Position numbers and translations under genes: made by a program. From a bacterium (lineage in GTDB: Bacteria; Patescibacteriota; Minisyncoccia; Phycocordibacterales; UBA2100), in the NCBI GenBank assembly GCA_021781955.1, contig JAJXVV010000001.1:95519-159518 (forward strand): a stretch of DNA of 64,000 nucleotides. Reading direction: 5' to 3'. Below the pieces are notes generated by a model that worked only from the letters and a program-made list of their open reading frames with translations, searched no databases and was not told the DNA's origin. Below are positions 18,372 through 27,174 of the stretch, in pieces (the first letter of the stretch is position 1; the number at the start of each line of letters is the position of its first letter).

Positions 18372-18477
18372 GATACCGTGCGCTACGCGTATTCTTGCAC
18401 AACAAATCGCACACAAGCGCGTTATCCCCATGTTGCTATACTGCGGGGGAGGGGTCGTTAATAGATCACCTTCATGT

Positions 18478-18924
18478 ATGAAGTCGTTCATTAATCGCAC
18501 GAGCAGATACTTTAAAAATCATCATGTCGGTCTGTTGCTCATCCGCGTCGGCACCGGCCTGGTCTTTTTCATGCACGGCTGGAGCAAGGTCAGCAACATT
18601 CCCGGCGTCGAGGGCATGTTCCTCCACATGGGCTTAGGCGCGGGCACGGGCATCTTCATCGCGTGGCTCGAAGTGATTGGCGGGCTCGCGCTCATCCTGG
18701 GCATCGCGACGCGCTTCTTCGCCGCCGCTTTCGCAATCGAAATGCTGGTCGCCATTTTCGTGACCGGCGGCATCGGCGCCGGCTACCATCCGCACGAACT
18801 CGAACTCTACCTCATGCTCGTCTCGGGCGGCATCGCGCTTTCAGGCAGCGGCCGCTACGCGCTCTTCTCCCTCGAGTGCGCCGAATGCGGCGGCTGGTTG
18901 TGCGAGGATCATTATAAGAAATGA
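18478..18924 (+). CDS. DoxX-family membrane protein
   Basis: Motif LLLIRVGTGLVFFMHGWSKV, 4 TM helices, ~150 aa; start chosen at MKSF (alternative ATG 18430). Confidence 0.6.
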   Translation: MKSFINRTSRYFKNHHVGLLLIRVGTGLVFFMHGWSKVSNIPGVEGMFLHMGLGAGTGIFIAWLEVIGGLALILGIATRFFAAAFAIEMLVAIFVTGGIGAGYHPHELELYLMLVSGGIALSGSGRYALFSLECAECGGWLCEDHYKK

Positions 18925-18931
18925 CCAAAAA

Positions 18932-19966
18932 TCATAAAAGCTTTTCCTGCGTGTGGGGCAGGTCAGCGCCGATGTGAGAATGGCCTTTTTTCGTGACGGC
19001 GCGGCCGCGGGGGGTGCGCTCCAAGAGCCCGATCTGCATGAGATAGGGCTCGTTCACCTCTTCGATGGTCGCTTCTTCTTCCGAAAGAGCTGCCGCGATG
19101 GTCTTGAGCCCCACCGGGCCGCCGCCGAATTTTTCCACGACCACCGTGAGGATGTCGCGATCGGTTTGATTGAGGCCGAGTTCATCTATCTCCAAAAGCG
19201 CGAGCGCCTTTTTCACGGTCTTGAGGTCGAGCTGTTCGTCGTTCACGTCGGCGAAGTCGCGCGCGCGCTTCAGTAAGTAGTTGGCGGTGCGCGGCGTGGC
19301 GCGCGAGCGGCGCGCTATTTCCATGAGCGTCGCGCCGTCGACGGCTATTCCTAGAATGTCGGCGGAACGTTTGAGTATTTCCGCTATCTCCTCGTCGGTG
19401 TAGTAGTTGAGGCGGAACGTGCCGCCCGAAAAACGCGAGCGCAGCGGCGCGGAAAGCATCGAAATGCGCGTCGTGGCGGCGATCAGCGTGAAGGGCGGCA
19501 GTTCAAGCTGCACCGTGCGCGCGGCAGGGCCTTTGCCGATGACTATGTCGAGCACGCCCGCCTCCATCGCCGGGTAGAGCACCTCTTCGATGGTGCGGTT
19601 GAGGCGATGGATCTCATCGATGAAGAGCACGTCGCCGGGCGAGAGGTTGGTGAGGATGCTCGCGAGGTCGCCGACGCGCTCGATGGCGGGGCCGGAGGTC
19701 GAGCGCATGGAGGCCCCGATCTCTTTAGTCATCAAATTCGCGAGTGTCGTCTTGCCCAGGCCAGGCGGGCCGTACAAAAGCACGTGCTCGGGCTGGTGAT
19801 TGCGGCCTTTGGCGGCCGTGAGGAGGATGCGGAGATTCTCTTTGATGCCGGTTTGGCCGACGTACTCGCGCCAGTCGGCAGGACGCAGCGCTGCGTCGAG
19901 CGAACGAGGCGTTTTTTCTATATGTTTTTGATCTTTGTTGGTCATACGAGGCTCGGCGGCTGCCAA
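18932..19966 (-). CDS. ruvB: Holliday junction branch migration ATPase RuvB
   Basis: LLYGPPGLGKTTLANLMTKE Walker A, FIDEIHRL Walker B, sensor and winged-helix regions. Confidence 0.95.
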   Translation of the reverse strand: MAAAEPRMTNKDQKHIEKTPRSLDAALRPADWREYVGQTGIKENLRILLTAAKGRNHQPEHVLLYGPPGLGKTTLANLMTKEIGASMRSTSGPAIERVGDLASILTNLSPGDVLFIDEIHRLNRTIEEVLYPAMEAGVLDIVIGKGPAARTVQLELPPFTLIAATTRISMLSAPLRSRFSGGTFRLNYYTDEEIAEILKRSADILGIAVDGATLMEIARRSRATPRTANYLLKRARDFADVNDEQLDLKTVKKALALLEIDELGLNQTDRDILTVVVEKFGGGPVGLKTIAAALSEEEATIEEVNEPYLMQIGLLERTPRGRAVTKKGHSHIGADLPHTQEKLL

Positions 19967-19996
19967 GAATGGAGGCGCGAAGGCTCAGAAAATGGC

Positions 19997-20024
19997 TTGA
20001 CAACTCATTTTAATATGCTATACT
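19997..20024 (+). promoter_or_regulatory. Near-consensus sigma70-type promoter TTGACA-N16-TATACT
   Basis: TTGACA 19997-20002, 16 nt spacer, TATACT 20019-20024; no protein-coding gene downstream on this strand. Confidence 0.45.
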
Positions 20025-20030
20025 CTCCTC

Positions 20031-20245
20031 CAGTTGGTTCCGCCGCATGCGGACTCTTCGCTCAGGGAGTCTGCAGGCGCACAGTACCGGGCAATGGTGG
20101 CTTCTCCAAGGACGAGACGGCGATGCTATCTCTATCCTCAGGATCATGTCGCAACTTTTCTACAAAAGCATTGCCCGGTACTGCGCACCTACTCCTAGCG
20201 GCCACGATAGCATCTCATTACCCCCGCGCAACGGGGGTTTGTGGT
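20031..20245 (+). ncRNA. Candidate structured small RNA (~215 nt, 6S-like long hairpin?) between ruvB and pilB
   Basis: Starts just downstream of the promoter above; ends at hairpin CCCCCG-CGCAA-CGGGGG + TTTGTGGTGT (20221-20247); internal long-range inverted repeat GCGCACAGTACCGGGCAATG (20078-20097) and CATTGCCCGGTACTGCGCAC (20169-20188); no credible ORF. Confidence 0.25.
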
Positions 20246-20303
20246 GTAAAACTTCGTGCCGCGCCTTCCCGGATATGTTTTGAGAGCGGTGTTTCCCACG
20301 TGT

Positions 20304-22007
20304 TCACGTGATCGTCTCGAGCGTCACGTTGTCCGTGAGGTCGACCACGCGGCCGAGCTCCTCGAGCGCGGTGACGCCTTGCAAGACCTTCACCGCGCCG
20401 TCCTGCGCCATGCGGCGGATATTCTGGTGCTTTGCCGCCGCCCATATCTCACGCTCGGAGGAGGTGTGGCGCACGCACTCCTCTATCGCGTGGTCCATGA
20501 GTATCACCTCGACGACCGCGATGCGGCCCTTGTAGCCCAAGCCGCCGCATTTCTCGCAGCCTTTGGGCAGCCACATGATGTCGCGATTGGCCGGCAGCTC
20601 GTCGGCGTGCGGAATGGCGCGGAGAAGCGGCTCCATAAGCTTGCGCGAGGCGTCATCGATCGGCGTCGGCATGCGGCAGTGCGGGCACAAGCGGCGCACG
20701 AGGCGCTGCGCCATCGCCACGGTCACTGAAGCGCCCAAAATATCGGCGTTGACTCCCATATCTATCAGGCGAGGGAAGGTGCCGGCGGCGTCATTGGTGT
20801 GGAGCGTGGAGAACACGAGGTGGCCGGTGAGCGAGGCGTGCACGGCCGTCGAGGCGACTTCGGCATCGCGGATCTCGCCGACCATGATGACGTCCGGGTC
20901 TTGGCGCAAGGTGCTGCGCAAACCGGAGGCGAACGTGTAGTCCTTCGAGACTTGCGTCTGGACGATGCCGGCGAGGTGGTACTCGATCGGGTCCTCGATA
21001 GTGATGACCTTGATCTGCGGCGAGGCGACGTGCGAGAGGAAGGCGTAGAGCGTCGTTGTTTTTCCGGAGCCGGTCGGACCGGTGTTGAGTATCATGCCGT
21101 TCGGCTTCGCGATTTCATGATCGAAAATCTCCATGAGGTATTTGTCGAATCCGAGCGCGTCCATGGGGAGCGATATTGTCGTCGGATCGAGCACGCGCAT
21201 GACGATGGTCTCCGCATAGGAGCCGGGAAGCACGGAGGTACGTATTTCGATCTCTTTTTGATTGACCACGATAGAGAAGCGGCCGTCCTGCGCGGCGTTC
21301 TTGATGTTGAGCTTGAGGCCCGAGAGCAGCTTGATGCGGGAGGAGACGAGCGCGTACGTGGGCGGATCGAACATGGTGGCTTCGACCAAAACGCCGTCGA
21401 GGCGGTAGCGCATACGGACGCCCGCGTCCTCAGGTTCCAGGTGGATGTCTGAGGCACTGAGCGCGAGTGCGCCGCTCATCATGATTTCGAGCACGCGCGA
21501 GATGCGATGTGTGTCTTTCGAGCCCGCATGCGACCCGATCTCGGCTTTCACATCGGCGAGCGTTCGCAGCTTGCCGAGCATCTCTTGGATGGTCTCGTTG
21601 GAGAGCGTGAGGACGCCTGCCTCGGTCTCGGTCGCGTATGAAATGTCGCGATAGCGGTCCCATGCATGCTCAAGCGAGGCCTTCGAGACGATGAAGCGGT
21701 GCGGACGATAGCCCAAGCGCTCGAGGTCGGCCAGGGCCTGGAGCGCATCGGGCCGCTCCGGCGCGCGCATCGCGAGGAACACGTCCTTATTGACCTTATG
21801 GAAGGCGGCGACTTCGGCCGGACGGGCCCGCTTCTCGTCGACGAGGCGAAGCGCGTCGGTGTCGATCGATCTTGAGGTGAGGTCGACGTACTCGACGCCA
21901 TACTTGTGCGAGAGCATCTCCGCGAGCTGCTCTTCTTCGCGCGCGCGGAGCTCGCTCAACCGCTCCTGCGATTTCTTGTCATTGAACTGCATCGCCATTC
22001 CCTCCAT
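20304..22007 (-). CDS. pilB: Type IV pilus assembly / type II secretion ATPase PilB/GspE
   Basis: Walker A NTGPTGSGKTTTLYAF, Asp/His boxes, C-terminal tetracysteine CPHC...CEKC zinc motif; 567 aa. Confidence 0.9.
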   Translation of the reverse strand: MEGMAMQFNDKKSQERLSELRAREEEQLAEMLSHKYGVEYVDLTSRSIDTDALRLVDEKRARPAEVAAFHKVNKDVFLAMRAPERPDALQALADLERLGYRPHRFIVSKASLEHAWDRYRDISYATETEAGVLTLSNETIQEMLGKLRTLADVKAEIGSHAGSKDTHRISRVLEIMMSGALALSASDIHLEPEDAGVRMRYRLDGVLVEATMFDPPTYALVSSRIKLLSGLKLNIKNAAQDGRFSIVVNQKEIEIRTSVLPGSYAETIVMRVLDPTTISLPMDALGFDKYLMEIFDHEIAKPNGMILNTGPTGSGKTTTLYAFLSHVASPQIKVITIEDPIEYHLAGIVQTQVSKDYTFASGLRSTLRQDPDVIMVGEIRDAEVASTAVHASLTGHLVFSTLHTNDAAGTFPRLIDMGVNADILGASVTVAMAQRLVRRLCPHCRMPTPIDDASRKLMEPLLRAIPHADELPANRDIMWLPKGCEKCGGLGYKGRIAVVEVILMDHAIEECVRHTSSEREIWAAAKHQNIRRMAQDGAVKVLQGVTALEELGRVVDLTDNVTLETIT

Positions 22008-22150
22008 TGTATCGCAAAAACAAAACGCTCCGCAGAAAACGGCGGAGCGCGACAGCGCAAACCACGAACGGTTTAGTACCGAACACCAGCTCGCCTAGGA
22101 GGCCCCCTGCCACAGGTTGCTGGCTGTATCCAACTTGCTACGATGCGCGC

Positions 22151-22630
22151 ATGCAGGTGCGGTCGCTCGCCGAGTTTGAGGCCGAAGCTGTGCGGTTCGC
22201 CCGCACGCTCTCGCCGCGCGAGAGCGGCGCGACGGTCGTGACGCTGTCGGGAGAGCTTGGGGCGGGGAAGACGACGTTTGTGCAGACGCTGGCGCACGCG
22301 TTCGGGGTGGCCGGGCAGGTGACGAGCCCCACCTTCGTCATCGAGAAGGCATATGCGCTCACCGGCCAGGCGTTCGCCCGGCTCGTCCACATTGACGCGT
22401 ATCGCTTGGAGGACGCACCTCAGCTCGAGGTTTTGGGCTGGAACGAGATGATCGCTGACGCGGGTAATCTCATCGTGCTCGAGTGGCCGGAAAAAGTTGC
22501 CGCTGCCATTCCGCAAAGCGCTATCCGGCTCCGCTTCGATATCGAAGGCGACGCGCGGACCATACGCGAGAAGCGGGAACAAGCTCAAGATCGAGAAACG
22601 CTACGGACACGCCCCGATCGGACAGCCTGA
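22151..22630 (+). CDS. tsaE: tRNA threonylcarbamoyladenosine biosynthesis protein TsaE
   Basis: P-loop LSGELGAGKTTFVQ and TSPTF motif typical of TsaE/YjeE. Confidence 0.8.
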   Translation: MQVRSLAEFEAEAVRFARTLSPRESGATVVTLSGELGAGKTTFVQTLAHAFGVAGQVTSPTFVIEKAYALTGQAFARLVHIDAYRLEDAPQLEVLGWNEMIADAGNLIVLEWPEKVAAAIPQSAIRLRFDIEGDARTIREKREQAQDRETLRTRPDRTA

Positions 22631-22729
22631 CGCCAATTACGTTCTCGATGATCCCGCTGAGCCTGAGTCTCAGCGGGGCACTCTCTTTCTCGTTCGACAT
22701 TGCGAGCAGAGGGCGTATCATCGTGGGTG

Positions 22730-25120
22730 ATGGCAGCGCGCAAGAAGACGTTATTGCTTCTCGATTCCAACGCGATCGCGCACCGCGCCTACCACGCGAT
22801 ACCCGACCTCACGTCGAGCGACGGAGCGCCGACCGGCGCGCTCTACGGGCTCGCCTCCATGCTTCTCAAGACGATAGCCGACCTCAAGCCGGACTACATC
22901 GTCGCTACGCGCGATCGCGCCGAGAAAACGCACCGGCATGAGACATATGAGGACTACAAAGCGACGCGCGCGAAAACAGACGAGTTTTTGATCGAGCAGC
23001 TGAAGCGGATGCCGGAAGTTTTTGACGCGTTCGGCATCCCGGTCATCGATAAAGCGGGGTATGAGGCCGACGATATCATCGGCACGATCGCCGAGCAGGC
23101 CAAGCAGCAGCGCGACCTCTTCACCATTATCGTCACCGGCGACATGGACATGCTGCAGCTTATCGATGACGGCAAGGTCACGGTGTATCGCTTGCTCACC
23201 GGCATCTCCAACATGAAGTTCTTCGACGAGGCGGCGGTCAAAGAGCGCTACGGATTTGGTCCGGAACACGTGACCGACTACAAGGGGATGCGCGGCGACC
23301 CGTCGGACAATATCAAGGGTATCAAAGGCATCGGTGAGAAGACCGCGACCGAGCTCATTCAAAAGTTCGGTTCGATCGAGGAAATCTACCGTACCCTCAA
23401 AAATGATCCCGACGCGCTCACGAAGAACGGGGTGCGACCGCGCACGGCCCTGCTGCTCGCGGAAGGCGAGAAAGATGCGATTTTCTCGAAAGATCTCGCG
23501 ACCATCCGGCGCGATGCGCCCGTCTCCTTCGATCTGCCAGATCACCCGTGGCGACTCAGCGATCATGCCGAGGGCATCGGAGCGCTCTGCGATAAGCTTG
23601 AGTTCCACTCGCTCAGGGATCGGCTCGCGGCGCTCACGGGGAAGGGGCACAAAGACGCAGACCCTCGCGGCGAGAACTCGGAGCCCGATGACGCACCCGT
23701 CGATCCGCAGACTCTCGCGGAAACGTCCATCGCGCTGTGGCTTCTCCACTCCGACATGACCGCGCCCTCTCTCATGGAAATCGAAGAGTACGCGAAGACC
23801 AAGGACCTCGCGAAAGCGCACGCGACGGTACTTGCCGAACTCGAGAGAACCGGCCATCTCCAGCGCGTTTTTGACGAGATAGAGAAGCCGCTTATTCCAA
23901 TCATCGCGCGCATGAATGAGACCGGTATAGCGATCGATACCGCACGGCTCCAGACGCTTTCGCGTGAGTACGGCACGGAGTTGAGCGTGATCGCGGCGCG
24001 TATCTACCGGCAGGCGGGGCACGAGTTCAACATCAATTCGCCCAAGCAGCTCGCGGTCGTGCTCTACGATGAGCTCAAGCTTCAGCCGGAAAAGCAGAAG
24101 CGCACCGCGACCGGCGCGCGCACGACGCGCGAGGAAGAGCTCGCGAAGTTCGCCGGAGCGCATTCTGTCGTCGCCGACGTGCTCGCGTACCGCGAACTGC
24201 AAAAGCTCCTTTCGTCGTACGTGAATAAGATGCCCGCGCTCGTCGGTGGCGATGGCAGGCTCCGCGCGAAGTTCATGCAGGCGGGTACGACGACTGGCCG
24301 CATGTCGAGCCAAGACCCGAATTTGCAGAACATTCCCATCAAGACCGAGTACGGGCGGCGTATCCGCGACGCGTTCGTCGCGCAGCCCGGCTCCGTGCTC
24401 GCAGCGCTCGACTACTCGCAGATAGAGCTACGCATCGCGGCGGCGCTCTCCGGCGACGAAAAGCTCATCGCCTCGTTCGTGCGCGGCGCGGACATCCATG
24501 CAGTGGTGGCCGCCGAAGTGTTCGGCGTGTCTCAAGACAAGGTGGATCACGAGATGCGTCGCCGCGCGAAGGTCGTCAACTTCGGCATTCTCTACGGCAT
24601 GGGCGTCAATGCGTTGCGCGCCACGCTCGGACCGAACGTCTCTCGCGCCGACGCAGCGGAGTTCCTCGAGCGCTACTTCGAGCGGTTCCCGAAGTTGCGT
24701 GACTACGTCGAGCGCACGAAACGCGATGCCGCAAAACACGGCTACACTGAAACGCTCTTCGGACGGCGGCGCTATTTCAGCGGGTTCAAGTCGTCGCTCC
24801 CGAATCTGCGCGCGCAGGCCGAGCGGATGGCGATCAACGCGCCGATACAGGGGACGCAAGCCGATGTCATCAAGCTCGCGATGGTGCGCGCTGACGCGCT
24901 CATCGAGGAGAGGGGGTGGCGTGAGCGAGTGCATCTCGTGCTGCAGGTGCACGACGAACTCGTGTATGAGCTCGACAGCACGATCGCCCACGAGGCGGCG
25001 CGTGCGATACGTGACGTGATGGAGCACGCGGTGCCCAACGATAAGCTCTCCGGCGTGCCAATCATTGCCGAGGTCGAGGTGGGGGAGCGATGGGGCGACA
25101 TGGAACAGCTCAAGCGCTGA
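22730..25120 (+). CDS. polA: DNA polymerase I (5'-3' exonuclease + polymerase domains; compact, ~797 aa)
   Basis: 5' nuclease N-terminus (LLLLDSNAIAHRAYHA, GYEADDIIGT), polymerase motifs A/B/C (DYSQIELR, RRRAKVVNFGILYG, VHDELV); alternative TTG start at 22700. Confidence 0.9.
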   Translation: MAARKKTLLLLDSNAIAHRAYHAIPDLTSSDGAPTGALYGLASMLLKTIADLKPDYIVATRDRAEKTHRHETYEDYKATRAKTDEFLIEQLKRMPEVFDAFGIPVIDKAGYEADDIIGTIAEQAKQQRDLFTIIVTGDMDMLQLIDDGKVTVYRLLTGISNMKFFDEAAVKERYGFGPEHVTDYKGMRGDPSDNIKGIKGIGEKTATELIQKFGSIEEIYRTLKNDPDALTKNGVRPRTALLLAEGEKDAIFSKDLATIRRDAPVSFDLPDHPWRLSDHAEGIGALCDKLEFHSLRDRLAALTGKGHKDADPRGENSEPDDAPVDPQTLAETSIALWLLHSDMTAPSLMEIEEYAKTKDLAKAHATVLAELERTGHLQRVFDEIEKPLIPIIARMNETGIAIDTARLQTLSREYGTELSVIAARIYRQAGHEFNINSPKQLAVVLYDELKLQPEKQKRTATGARTTREEELAKFAGAHSVVADVLAYRELQKLLSSYVNKMPALVGGDGRLRAKFMQAGTTTGRMSSQDPNLQNIPIKTEYGRRIRDAFVAQPGSVLAALDYSQIELRIAAALSGDEKLIASFVRGADIHAVVAAEVFGVSQDKVDHEMRRRAKVVNFGILYGMGVNALRATLGPNVSRADAAEFLERYFERFPKLRDYVERTKRDAAKHGYTETLFGRRRYFSGFKSSLPNLRAQAERMAINAPIQGTQADVIKLAMVRADALIEERGWRERVHLVLQVHDELVYELDSTIAHEAARAIRDVMEHAVPNDKLSGVPIIAEVEVGERWGDMEQLKR

Positions 25121-25126
25121 ATCCCT

Positions 25127-25759
25127 ATGCTCTACCTCTTGCTCGGCACTGACAAAACGAAAGCACGCGAAGCGGCGCGCAAGCTCGGCAAGGGCGCGGA
25201 AGAGTTGCGCATCAACGATGCGAGCGGCGTCCAGGACCTCGAGGCCGCCTTGCGGGGCGGCGGACTTTTTGGCAGCAAGCATCTCGTGCTCTTGGAAGGC
25301 ATCTTAGCCAACGAAGACATGCGCGTCTTTCTCGAGCGCTCGATCGACGTGCTCGGCGATTCGCCGGATACCTTTTGTGTGCTTGAGGACAAGCTGGACG
25401 CGGCGACCCGGAAGCGTTTCGAAAAATACACGCAGAAGACCGAGGTATTCGATCTACCGATGAACAAAGCGGCGCACGACGATAATTTTTTCGCGCTCGC
25501 GAACGCGCTGCGCGCGGGGTCGAAGAAAGACCTCTGGCTCGTCCTCGAGCGGGAGCTCTTGGGCGGCAAGGCGCCGGAAATGCTCCACGGCTCGCTCTTT
25601 TGGGCGGCAAAACAGATGGTGCTGAAGCCTCGGAAGGCGGCTGATAGGGAGCGCGGCAAGCGCCTCGTGGAGGCGCTTGCCGCGCTCCCGCACGAAGCCC
25701 GCCGCCGGGGCGAGGAGCTGGATTATGCACTGGAGCGGTTTGCGCTCTCCGGAATATGA
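25127..25759 (+). CDS. Possible DNA polymerase III delta subunit-like protein (HolA N-terminal-like), short
   Basis: MLYLLLGTD... resembles the HolA N-terminus (YLLLG); immediately follows polA; only 210 aa, so the assignment is weak. Confidence 0.3.
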   Translation: MLYLLLGTDKTKAREAARKLGKGAEELRINDASGVQDLEAALRGGGLFGSKHLVLLEGILANEDMRVFLERSIDVLGDSPDTFCVLEDKLDAATRKRFEKYTQKTEVFDLPMNKAAHDDNFFALANALRAGSKKDLWLVLERELLGGKAPEMLHGSLFWAAKQMVLKPRKAADRERGKRLVEALAALPHEARRRGEELDYALERFALSGI

Positions 25760-25772
25760 TACTATTTTCTGC

Positions 25773-27125
25773 ATGAACTACCTGCGTTTTGTCGCCGCGT
25801 TTATCATCGCGTCGATTACTTTAGCAGTGCCACTGTCGGCGTATGCGGTCGGAGTCGCGGCCGACGCGTACTGTAAATCGACGTGCACCAACCTAATCCA
25901 ACAAGCGCAGGCGACCGGGAACGCGGCGGTGGTTCAACAAGCAATCGCAAAGTGTCAGGCGACCGTCTGTACCGACGTCACGAGCAGCCTTACGACGACC
26001 GGCACCTGCACCTATCCGGCGATGGAGTGTCAAGGGAAGAGCTCAAGTGGCGGCGCCGGCAACAGCGGCGGATTGCTTGACTCCTCCAGTCTCAGCGGAC
26101 TCGGCACGGTCTTGGGCATGCTTCTCGGCAAACTCATGCAAGGGCAGCCGGGAGGCGGGAGCGGGTCAGCAGCGGGCTCGATGCCGTACACGACCGCCGG
26201 CACGACCGGTTGCACCGGTTCGTACTTCCAGACGTCCGATATTTCGCAACTCTCCAACCCCTGCGCGATGTATTCGCCCTCGACGACCAGCAATTCTCCA
26301 GCCAGCACTCTCGCGACGGGCACCACCGGGAGCACCTGTGACGCGCTGAGCCAGCTCCTTGGCACCTGCAATTCGTCGAACGCCACGAGCACTGGATCGC
26401 CGGTCACCATCACCAACAACAACGTCAACACGAATACCAACGCGACCCCGAGCACGTCGCTCACGACGGTCCAAGGGACGACGACCGCGAGCACGACGTC
26501 CGGTCTCGGCACGCCTGCGGTCCTCGGGCCGCAGAGCCAGTCGGGAAACATCCTCTTCACCACCAACGGAGCGACCATCGTCGGCAGCTTGCTCAACCTG
26601 CCCAATAACTCGACCATCGCCGGCTTTTATGGCGGCGATTCGTTCAGCAACGGCAAGCCGCAGGGCATCGCGGCGTCGTTGTGTCAGTCGCGTCCGTGGG
26701 CCAACAGTTTCGTCTCCGCGCTCATTCCTTCGAGCTTCTTCGACAACCTCTGCTCCTCCAACGGCTACCAGGTAGGCGCGCCGCCCGCGCCCCAGGTCCA
26801 ACTCCAGCAAACGCCCGCGAGTACGCCGAAACCGGCCGCTCCTGCGGCGGCGACCACGGCCGCGACCTCGTCCGTGCCAGCCGTTGTCCAGGTTTGGGCC
26901 GTTCCCGCCTCCGTGCCGCTCGACACGCGTACCGAAGTGTATTGGGCGACCCAGGGCGTGACCCAGTGCAATGTGGCCTCGCCTGACGGCCAGTTCAACG
27001 AGAACACGCTCTCCGGCGGAGCAGCCACGGTGCCGCTCACAGGCGCGACCACCTTCACCATCTCGTGCACCGATTCTTCCGGCAACCCCATCACCAACTA
27101 CGTCACGGTCAACATCTCTTCGTAG
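25773..27125 (+). CDS. Secreted Thr/Ser/Gly-rich low-complexity protein with C-terminal 2-Cys Ig-like domain
   Basis: Signal peptide MNYLRFVAAFIIASITLAVPLSAYA; Cys-pair modules; C-terminal ~80 aa domain (WATQGVTQCNV...TISCTDSSG...VTVNISS) resembling the C-termini of the 42944..45022 protein. Confidence 0.6.
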   Translation: MNYLRFVAAFIIASITLAVPLSAYAVGVAADAYCKSTCTNLIQQAQATGNAAVVQQAIAKCQATVCTDVTSSLTTTGTCTYPAMECQGKSSSGGAGNSGGLLDSSSLSGLGTVLGMLLGKLMQGQPGGGSGSAAGSMPYTTAGTTGCTGSYFQTSDISQLSNPCAMYSPSTTSNSPASTLATGTTGSTCDALSQLLGTCNSSNATSTGSPVTITNNNVNTNTNATPSTSLTTVQGTTTASTTSGLGTPAVLGPQSQSGNILFTTNGATIVGSLLNLPNNSTIAGFYGGDSFSNGKPQGIAASLCQSRPWANSFVSALIPSSFFDNLCSSNGYQVGAPPAPQVQLQQTPASTPKPAAPAAATTAATSSVPAVVQVWAVPASVPLDTRTEVYWATQGVTQCNVASPDGQFNENTLSGGAATVPLTGATTFTISCTDSSGNPITNYVTVNISS

Positions 27126-27174
27126 CGCGCTCGGCGCGTGAAAGAAGCGACTCAAGCCGGTGTATCACCGGCAT

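Noticed and set aside
20047-20283. 78 aa plus-strand ORF inside the candidate sRNA region
   Set aside because: No RBS, odd composition (W/C-rich), and overlaps the promoter-to-terminator unit. A non-coding interpretation is preferred.
22751-24313. 520 aa minus-strand ORF antisense to polA; similar long antisense ORFs at 55603..57198 (helicase), 49887..51119, 26166..27155, 40054..41133 and 61834..62991
   Set aside because: All lie opposite strongly supported genes, have R/A/G/P/H-rich compositions and lack any recognisable motif. High-GC shadow ORFs.
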